From contig JBCCHT010000003.1 of NCBI GenBank assembly GCA_039028615.1, positions 96,001-160,000 of the forward strand: a DNA stretch of 64,000 bases, read 5' to 3'. The position numbers were made by a program, and so were the translations under genes. Below the pieces are notes generated by a model that searched no databases, was not told the DNA's origin, and worked only from the letters and a program-made list of their open reading frames with translations. Shown in pieces: positions 57,777 through 64,000 of this stretch. The DNA is from Myxococcota bacterium. Lineage in GTDB: Bacteria > Myxococcota_A > Polyangia > Nannocystales > Nannocystaceae. Position 1 is the stretch's first letter. Each line of letters opens with the position of its first letter.

Positions 57777-58721
57777 TCAGCCGTCGACCACCCTGGTGGC
57801 CAGAGCCGTGAGCCCCTGGCGGAGCGCCTCGCTCTCCGCTTCGGTCAGCATCGCCATGCGCCGCCCGAAGATCGACTCGAGGTCCACCCAGACGTCGAGG
57901 ACGATCTCGTCGAGCACGGCCTCGACCTCTTCGCCGACCTTCGAGCGTGCGCTGGCCGCCCGCATGGGGTTGACCATCGCCTTGGCCCACTCCAGCAGGC
58001 CATCGACGGGAAGGTGGGCGTCGGCATCGAAAGGGCGGCTCTCGTCGAAGCGGCAGTCGTCGAAGTCGGGGATCTTGAACTTCACCACCGGCCGTCCCGA
58101 CGCGGGCAGCTCGACGTCCGGCTTGAGCACGAAGCCCTCCGCCACGTTGCCCGCGAGCTTCGGCAGGCCCAGTCTCGCGGCGACCTTGCTGTCGTAGCGG
58201 ACGGGCAGGCGCTGCAGCTCTTGTCGGGTGCCCACGCCGAGCCGCGGGGGCGTCATCAACCCGACCTCTTCCGCGAGCGCTTCCAGCTGTCGATGGGCCA
58301 TGAACACGGCGTCGCCATCGTTCACCCGCAGGATGTCGAAGACCGCGTAGCGCAGGTCGGGCGCGTACCAGATCCCCGTCTGCACTGCGCCGATGCCCGG
58401 CAGCGCGGGCACGTCGTCGTGCGGATAGCGGCCGCCAAAGAGCTCGCCGTACAGGAACACGGGGCCCGTGGCGCCGAGCGTCCGATGCACATGCTGCACG
58501 CGGGCGCTCAGCTCGTTGCGCAGCATCTGCCAGCCGAAGAACGCCTCGTCCTCCTGAAGCCAGGCCTTGCGCTTGCCGATCTGCACGACCTGCCCATCGG
58601 TCGCCACCACCAGCTGCGCCCCGTGGATCTTCTCGGTCGCGACCCAACGCCCGCCCATGACCGCGTCGTCGGCCAGCGCGGTCGGGATCTTCGGGAAGGG
58701 GCGATGCTCCATGCCCGGCAT
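57777..58721 (-). CDS. Rnl2-family ATP-dependent RNA ligase
   Basis: Motif I WVATEKIHGAQ, GELFGG, FDI, EGFVLK, KFK...F. Confidence 0.88.
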   Translation of the reverse strand: MPGMEHRPFPKIPTALADDAVMGGRWVATEKIHGAQLVVATDGQVVQIGKRKAWLQEDEAFFGWQMLRNELSARVQHVHRTLGATGPVFLYGELFGGRYPHDDVPALPGIGAVQTGIWYAPDLRYAVFDILRVNDGDAVFMAHRQLEALAEEVGLMTPPRLGVGTRQELQRLPVRYDSKVAARLGLPKLAGNVAEGFVLKPDVELPASGRPVVKFKIPDFDDCRFDESRPFDADAHLPVDGLLEWAKAMVNPMRAASARSKVGEEVEAVLDEIVLDVWVDLESIFGRRMAMLTEAESEALRQGLTALATRVVDG

Positions 58722-59402
58722 TTACCCCGGGTCGGGCACCGGATGCACGCGCAGCATGCCCCGGATGGTCGCGGCGAGCGTGTCGATGAGCTCCGCCTCG
58801 AAGTCCACCCGCAGCGGGGCCATCTCGGGTCGCGTGAGCACCTCCGCCACGACCGGCGCGGGGTCGGCCATCTGCCGCAGGCCCACGACCAGCGCGTGCA
58901 GCCGCAGCAGCACCTTTGCTCCGCTGCCGGGCGGGAGCCCGGGAATCGCCTGCTCGACGCCCAGCGCCCCTTGGCCCATCTTCTCGAGCAGCATGCGCTT
59001 GAAGGAGACGGCGGTGTCCTCGTCGATGTTCTGCTCGAGCACGGTGTGCAGCAGCGGCAGCAGCACGGTGAGCGTGCCTCGCTGCACCAGGTTTTGCGTC
59101 ACGGCGGTGGCGAAGCGTTGCGGGGCATCGCCATCGGTATCCGCCGGGAGCTGCTCGAGCGCCTCGGTCACCGAGTCGAGCCACAGCGCCAGTTCGTCCT
59201 CGAGCGCGGCGAGGAACAGCTCTTCCTTGCTGCGGAAGTACAGGTACAGCGTGCCCTTGGCCAGGTTGCAGCGCCGGGCCACCTCGGCCATGGTGATCCG
59301 CTGGTACGGCTGACGCGCCAAGAGCCGGGCCGCCACCGCCAAGATGGCGCGGCGGCGGGCAGCCTTGTCCTCGTCCTTGCGAGCCCGTTGTTTTACGGCC
59401 AT
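58722..59402 (-). CDS. TetR-family regulator
   Basis: ITMAEVARRCNLAKGTLYLYFRSKEELF. Confidence 0.92.
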   Translation of the reverse strand: MAVKQRARKDEDKAARRRAILAVAARLLARQPYQRITMAEVARRCNLAKGTLYLYFRSKEELFLAALEDELALWLDSVTEALEQLPADTDGDAPQRFATAVTQNLVQRGTLTVLLPLLHTVLEQNIDEDTAVSFKRMLLEKMGQGALGVEQAIPGLPPGSGAKVLLRLHALVVGLRQMADPAPVVAEVLTRPEMAPLRVDFEAELIDTLAATIRGMLRVHPVPDPG

Positions 59403-59415
59403 GGGCGAGCGGGGA

Positions 59416-60858
59416 CTACCCGATGAGCTTGCGCAGCAGGCCCATCTTGCCTTCGTAGGGCGGGTACTTGACCGAGGGATCGAGGAAGTTGGCGGTCTTC
59501 ATGATGCCCTTTCGGTGCGAGAACACCTCGAAGGAGTGATGACCGTGGTAGGCCCCCATGCCGCTCTCCCCGATGCCGCCGAAGGGCAGGTCGGGGTCGC
59601 CCAGGTGGACGATGGCGTTGTTGATGCAGCCGCCGCCGAAGGAGATGCGCTCGACCACCTTGCGCTCGTCGTCGCGGTTGGTGGTGAACAGGTACAGCGC
59701 GAGCGGGTTGGGCCGCTGCCGCACCGTCTCGATCGCCTCGTCGAGCGAGTCGATGCGCAGGATGGGGAGGACGGGTCCGAAGATCTCGTCCGCCATCACC
59801 GGGTGATCCATGGTGATGTCGGTGAGCATGGTGGGCTCGATGTAGAGGTCGTCGACATCGTGGTGCCCGCCGTGGGCGAGCTTGTCTTCGTCGATGAGCC
59901 GCGTGAGCCGCTGGTGGTGCCGCGTGTTGATGATGCGACCGTAGTCGGGGCTCTGCTGCGGGTCTTCGCCGTAGAACTTGGGGATGGTCGCCTTGAGCCG
60001 GGAGACCAGGCCGTCGTGCACCGAGCTATCGACCAGGACGTAGTCGGGCGCGACGCAGGTCTGCCCGGTGTTGGTCCACTTGCCCCACGTGATGCGCCGC
60101 GCGGCGACGTCGAGGTCGGCCGAGGCGGTGACGATGGTGGGGCTCTTGCCGCCGAGCTCGAGGGTGACTCGCGACAGGTGCTCGGCGCCGGCCTTGGCCA
60201 CGATGCGCCCGATGTTGGTGCCCCCGGTAAAAAAGATGTGATCCCAGCGGCGCTGGAGCAGCGCTTGCGACGTCTCGATGCCGCCTTCGATGAGTGCGAC
60301 GAGTTCTTCGGGGAATGCCTCGCGCACGATCTCGGCGGACACGGCGGACGATGCGGGGGCCAATTCAGAAGGCTTGATTAGGGACACATTGCCCGCGGCA
60401 AGTGCCCCAATTAGGGGCGCAAACAGCAGTTGCACCGGGTAGTTCCACGGGCCGATGATCAGGTTCATGCCCAGCGGCTGATAGTGGATGTAGCTTCGCG
60501 AAGGCGCGACGGCGATGGGCGAGAAGCTCGCATCGGGCTTCATCCACTTCCCGATGTTGCGCAAGGCATGCTTCACCTCAGCCGTTACGTAGCCGACTTC
60601 GGTGACATAGGCTTCGGCCGTGCCTTTGTGCAGATCGGCATGTAGCGCATCGAGGATGAGCTTTTCCTTCGTTTGGAACGCATGAAGAAGCGCTCGCAAC
60701 GACTCTTCACGCGAGCTGCGTGAGAGGGTCTTTCCCGCCTCGAAGTGTTTCTTTTGCGCTTGGTACAGTTCGTCGACTCGGTCGGTGAGAGCCTGACCGT
60801 GAAGCTCGGGGGGACCCGCGGGAGTGGTGACCTTGGAAGCCGGAGCGGAACCGTCCAT
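59416..60858 (-). CDS. Aldehyde dehydrogenase (ALDH3 / fatty-aldehyde type)
   Basis: PWNYP, KPSE, FFTGG, LELGGKSP, GQTCVAPDY, EIFGP, PFGG. Confidence 0.95.
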   Translation of the reverse strand: MDGSAPASKVTTPAGPPELHGQALTDRVDELYQAQKKHFEAGKTLSRSSREESLRALLHAFQTKEKLILDALHADLHKGTAEAYVTEVGYVTAEVKHALRNIGKWMKPDASFSPIAVAPSRSYIHYQPLGMNLIIGPWNYPVQLLFAPLIGALAAGNVSLIKPSELAPASSAVSAEIVREAFPEELVALIEGGIETSQALLQRRWDHIFFTGGTNIGRIVAKAGAEHLSRVTLELGGKSPTIVTASADLDVAARRITWGKWTNTGQTCVAPDYVLVDSSVHDGLVSRLKATIPKFYGEDPQQSPDYGRIINTRHHQRLTRLIDEDKLAHGGHHDVDDLYIEPTMLTDITMDHPVMADEIFGPVLPILRIDSLDEAIETVRQRPNPLALYLFTTNRDDERKVVERISFGGGCINNAIVHLGDPDLPFGGIGESGMGAYHGHHSFEVFSHRKGIMKTANFLDPSVKYPPYEGKMGLLRKLIG

Positions 60859-60868
60859 GATGTAGGGG

Positions 60869-60897
60869 AATGTAAATGACCAAGGGTCACCTGTCAA
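60869..60897 (-). promoter_or_regulatory. Sigma70 promoter TTGACA-N17-TACATT with TGACC-N3-GGTCA operator in the spacer
   Basis: -35 at 60892-97, -10 at 60869-74, palindrome 60877-60889; the ALDH ATG is 10 nt after the -10. Confidence 0.8.
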
Positions 60898-60913
60898 TGC
60901 GGTTGGACCCTGC

Positions 60914-61549
60914 GTGGCTTCACATGAGACTCTCGAAGACATCGTGAAAAGCGCACCGCGCCGGCACGATCCCGAGGGTTCGAGGGCCGCAATCCTTGAT
61001 TCGGCCGAGCGTCTGTTCCTGGCGCGTGGCTTTGCCGGCACCTCGATGAGCGAGATTGCGAAGGCGTCGGGCGTCACCAAGAGCCTGATCCACCATCACT
61101 TCGGCTCGAAGCAGGCCTTGTGGCGCGAGATCAAGCGCCGCCGTTTTGCCGGCTATTTCAAGCAGCAGATGGCGCTATTCGATCGCGGTGGTCCCAGCGC
61201 CGAGCTGCTGCGCGAGTCGATGCAGGTCTACTTCCAGTTCCTGCGCGACAACCCGGACACCGTGCGGCTGATGTCGTGGTTGCAGCTCGAGGGCGATCGC
61301 GATCTCACGGAGATGGTTCAAGAACTCCGTGATGCGGGCATCGAGCATGTGCGGGTAGCCCAGGAGATCGGCGTGCTCCGCAAGGACGTACCGGCGCCCT
61401 TCGTGTTGATGACCTTCCTCGGGCTCATCAACGCATGGTTCGCCGACCCGTCTCACGACCACGAGCCCGAGACGGCCGCCGAGTATCTCGACACCGCCTG
61501 GGCCCTGTTTTCTTCGGGCGTGCTGCGGACTCGAACTCAGTCGGCCTGA
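60914..61549 (+). CDS. TetR-family regulator
   Basis: GFAGTSMSEIAKASGVTKSLIHHHFGSKQ; start may be GTG ~60944. Confidence 0.9.
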   Translation: MASHETLEDIVKSAPRRHDPEGSRAAILDSAERLFLARGFAGTSMSEIAKASGVTKSLIHHHFGSKQALWREIKRRRFAGYFKQQMALFDRGGPSAELLRESMQVYFQFLRDNPDTVRLMSWLQLEGDRDLTEMVQELRDAGIEHVRVAQEIGVLRKDVPAPFVLMTFLGLINAWFADPSHDHEPETAAEYLDTAWALFSSGVLRTRTQSA

Positions 61550-61565
61550 GTCCACCGCCAGGTCA

Positions 61566-62183
61566 CTACTTGGTGACCTTGATCGACTGACACGCCTCGA
61601 GGATCGTTCGGATCTGCGAGTCGCTGTACAGGCGCCCGGTGGGCGTACGGCAGCCGCTCTTGAGCGCACCGATGGGCTCGAGGTCGAAGTTGAGGCTATG
61701 GCCTTCGCCGCCGAAGTACTTGCCGTGCTGAATGACGTAGCCGTCGCCCTTTTCGGTGATCTTGGCTCCGTCGAGCAGCGAGTCGCCGGCTTCGATCTTC
61801 TTGATGACTTCGGCCGTCTCGAAGATCGTGGCGACCTCGACGGCAAAGACCTTCTCGTCGGTTGCCACCGTGAAGCCGCCGGGCTTCTGCGAGAAGGTGA
61901 CGCCCTCGGGGAGCTTCATCTCGATCTTGGTGCCTTCGAAGCCGGGGAAGAACGAGCTGACCTTGGCCGTGATGTCCTGCGAGACCAGAGTCAGGGGGGC
62001 TTCTGCCGCCTTCTCGGGCTCGGGGGCTTTGTCTTCGGCCTTGGCGGCATCACCCGACTTGGCTTTGTCGTCGGCCTTGGCCGACTTTTCGGGCGTGGCC
62101 GACTTCTTCGCCTCCTTGTCGCCGTCGCAGCCGGCCACGGAGAGGAGGAGTGCCACGGATACGATGGTGGTCAACTTGGTCAT
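61566..62183 (-). CDS. Hypothetical lipoprotein (paralog of 32765..33436)
   Basis: LSVAGC lipobox; Lys/Ala linker; MKLPEG, KGDGYVI, ILEACQSI. Confidence 0.8.
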   Translation of the reverse strand: MTKLTTIVSVALLLSVAGCDGDKEAKKSATPEKSAKADDKAKSGDAAKAEDKAPEPEKAAEAPLTLVSQDITAKVSSFFPGFEGTKIEMKLPEGVTFSQKPGGFTVATDEKVFAVEVATIFETAEVIKKIEAGDSLLDGAKITEKGDGYVIQHGKYFGGEGHSLNFDLEPIGALKSGCRTPTGRLYSDSQIRTILEACQSIKVTK

Positions 62184-62195
62184 GCGGGGACAAAA

Positions 62196-62221
62196 GACGC
62201 ACCGTCCCCGAGGTTGTCGCG
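62196..62221 (-). promoter_or_regulatory. Candidate ECF promoter CGCGAC-N16-CGTC
   Basis: 12 nt upstream of ATG 62183; shares GCGACAAC with the 32675 copy. Confidence 0.55.
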
Positions 62222-62237
62222 CAGCCGATGTAGAAAA

Positions 62238-63998
62238 TCATCGGACGGGGTGTACGAGCCCCAGGTTGGTCCGTTCACCACCACGTAACATCACGAAGGG
62301 TCGATCTTCGAAGTGCACGTCGCCCATGCCGTCGTGCTGCAAGACCTGGACTTTGCCCATCGAGTAGCCGCTCGGTCCGCTGTTCATGTAGTTGACGAAG
62401 AGCCGATAGGGATGGCGACGCGGCTGGTCGATCTCGAAAGACTCGGGGCCGAAGCCGGTCCGTACGTCTGCAGAGAACTCGCCGCCGAGGCCGACGGGCT
62501 GGGACGCGGACACCTGGACCCCGTCGGCATCCGAGATGAGCAGGTCGATGTCGGTGGCGTCCGTCTCCCAAGTGAGCACGAGCCGCATGGACGGCGTGTC
62601 GGCTTCTCGGGTCCCCAGGTCGTGGAGCTTGTCGCGGATGGCAGCCGTCTCGGCCGGCCGCTGCGCCATCCATACCGAGCCGATGAGCCCCAGGTCCTGG
62701 CGCATCAGGTCGGGCACACCCTCGAAGCGACCCTCGGGGTAGGGCCGGTCGATGCCCGCCGCGAGGACCTCGAAGGCCTCGTCGGCGTGCCCCTGGCGGA
62801 GCAGGGCCATGGCGAGGTTGCGGTGGCTGCTCGGGTGGTCGGGCCGCTGCGCGAGCGCCTTGCGGTAGGCGTCCACGGCCAGGTCGAGCGCCGCTTCGTC
62901 GAGCGACTCGAGGTGTGCCGCCGCGCCCCGCAGCATCTCGGCGCGCGAGGGATACAGGTCGATGACGGACCCGTAGGTCCGCGCGGCGATGTCGGCTCGC
63001 CCCACGTGCCGGGCCACCTGCCCCAGCGTCAGCAGGGCCAGCAGATCGGAGGGGCTCGCTTCACGCCACGCCCAGGCTCGCGCCCACGCCCACTCCGTCT
63101 TCCCGCGCCCGACGGCCTCGAGGATCTCGTTGCGGGCGTTGGCCCAGGGGTCCGGCGGCGTCGGGCTTCCCTCGAGCAGCTCTTCGTCGTCGAACCACCC
63201 GTGCGGGGCACCGTCGTTGGGGCGGAAGACCAGCGTCTGGGTGATCGTGGTGCGCTCGGCGTAGGAGCCGGATACGTCGAAGCGCCAGGTCTCGATCTCG
63301 TCGTTCAGGCACTGCAAGAACTCTTGCTCCTCCAAGCCGGTCTGGCGGACGCGGCGGATGTCGACGGCCTTGCCTTCCCGGTCGAGCTTGAATTGCACGG
63401 TGAGACGGCCCCGGAAGTAGGGGTCCTCGAGCAGCTCCGTCCAGAAGCAACCCTCGATCTCTCCCCAGTGCGAGCGGATTTCCGAGCGGACGGGGCGTCG
63501 GCCCATCGGGCCCTCGACCTTGGTCTTGCGGAACAGGACCCGCGCATAGCGACGCTCGGTGCGGCCGCTGAAGTGGGCAGCAGCGGAGTGGGAAATGTTG
63601 GCGCCTTCGATCGTGAACTTCGACTCTGCGCCCGTGGTCCCCGCCAGGCTGATCCCCACCGAGTCGTGACTCGCGGTGGGCGTGGCATCGACGATGGTGG
63701 TGAACTCGCGCTGGTCCATGTCGATGGTTGGCGTCTCGACGAATTCCTGGACGATGGTCGCGCCCACGGTCCCGTAGGCAGGGTCATCGACCGGCGGTGG
63801 CGGCGGAGCGGCGGCAGGGGCCTCGGCCGGGACGTTCATGCGCTCGTTCACCATGTCGTCCACCGTGGGCCGCGGGCGGCGAATGGGCGTGGTGACCAAG
63901 CGAGTGTCGAGCCTGGTCGTCGTGCGGCTCTCCAGGGGGCGCGCCTCGACCCTGATGACCCGCCGGAACTCGTTGTCCGGGTTGATGCGGAAGTTGGC
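62238..63998 (-). CDS. Large multidomain protein, partial: AgmX/PglI-like (TonB-C-like) domain, TPR and YfaP/DUF2135-like C-terminus
   Basis: Frame open to the window edge; GRLTVQFKLDREG...CL...W.F; TPR with RPDHPSSHR; LVLTWETDATDIDL...DVRTGFGPE. Confidence 0.7.
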   Translation of the reverse strand, partial: ANFRINPDNEFRRVIRVEARPLESRTTTRLDTRLVTTPIRRPRPTVDDMVNERMNVPAEAPAAAPPPPPVDDPAYGTVGATIVQEFVETPTIDMDQREFTTIVDATPTASHDSVGISLAGTTGAESKFTIEGANISHSAAAHFSGRTERRYARVLFRKTKVEGPMGRRPVRSEIRSHWGEIEGCFWTELLEDPYFRGRLTVQFKLDREGKAVDIRRVRQTGLEEQEFLQCLNDEIETWRFDVSGSYAERTTITQTLVFRPNDGAPHGWFDDEELLEGSPTPPDPWANARNEILEAVGRGKTEWAWARAWAWREASPSDLLALLTLGQVARHVGRADIAARTYGSVIDLYPSRAEMLRGAAAHLESLDEAALDLAVDAYRKALAQRPDHPSSHRNLAMALLRQGHADEAFEVLAAGIDRPYPEGRFEGVPDLMRQDLGLIGSVWMAQRPAETAAIRDKLHDLGTREADTPSMRLVLTWETDATDIDLLISDADGVQVSASQPVGLGGEFSADVRTGFGPESFEIDQPRRHPYRLFVNYMNSGPSGYSMGKVQVLQHDGMGDVHFEDRPFVMLRGGERTNLGLVHPVR

Positions 63999-64000
63999 GC

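Noticed and set aside
1880..63899. Many long overlapping ORFs (e.g. 1880..3841-, 9422..11419-, 39800..42034-, 47033..50125-, 51564..53849-)
   Set aside because: Typical high-GC shadow frames overlapping well-supported genes, with Arg/Pro/Ala-rich translations.
1..64000. tRNA, rRNA, integrase or transposase genes
   Set aside because: None recognised by eye; a covariance-model scan would be needed to exclude small RNAs.

Overview
GC-rich bacterial chromosomal window of about 50 genes. The gene content (three membrane Ser/Thr kinase-TPR proteins, two kinase-linked ECF sigma factors, an ADYC protein, many lipoproteins) points to a myxobacterium, probably Nannocystaceae-like; this is an inference. 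I saw no rRNA, tRNA, CRISPR array or transposase. Family assignments come from motifs I recognised by eye, not database searches. Two candidate undescribed systems stand out. (1) At the left edge, a secreted protein ends in an alpha-tubulin-like acidic tail lacking the terminal Tyr (DYEEVGAESADVEGEEDIEE-stop). It is followed in the same frame, after a single TAG, by an ORF missing from the ORF track that looks like a tubulin-tyrosine-ligase (TTL/TTLL) family ATP-grasp enzyme. (2) At 21.6-23.0 kb, a 104-aa peptide with a possible double-Gly leader and four WxxW units at an exact 15-residue period sits directly upstream of a ComQ-like prenyltransferase, suggesting a multi-core Trp-prenylated RiPP. 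Other observations are an OmpA/PG-binding + metalloprotease + duplicated immunity-like cassette, an Rnl2 RNA ligase paired with a CdiI-like immunity gene, a ferredoxin-reductase-AlkB fusion with AraC direct-repeat sites, a 166-bp MITE flanked by strongly C-skewed DNA, and a shared GCGAC-N16-CGTC ECF-type promoter upstream of four exported-protein genes.
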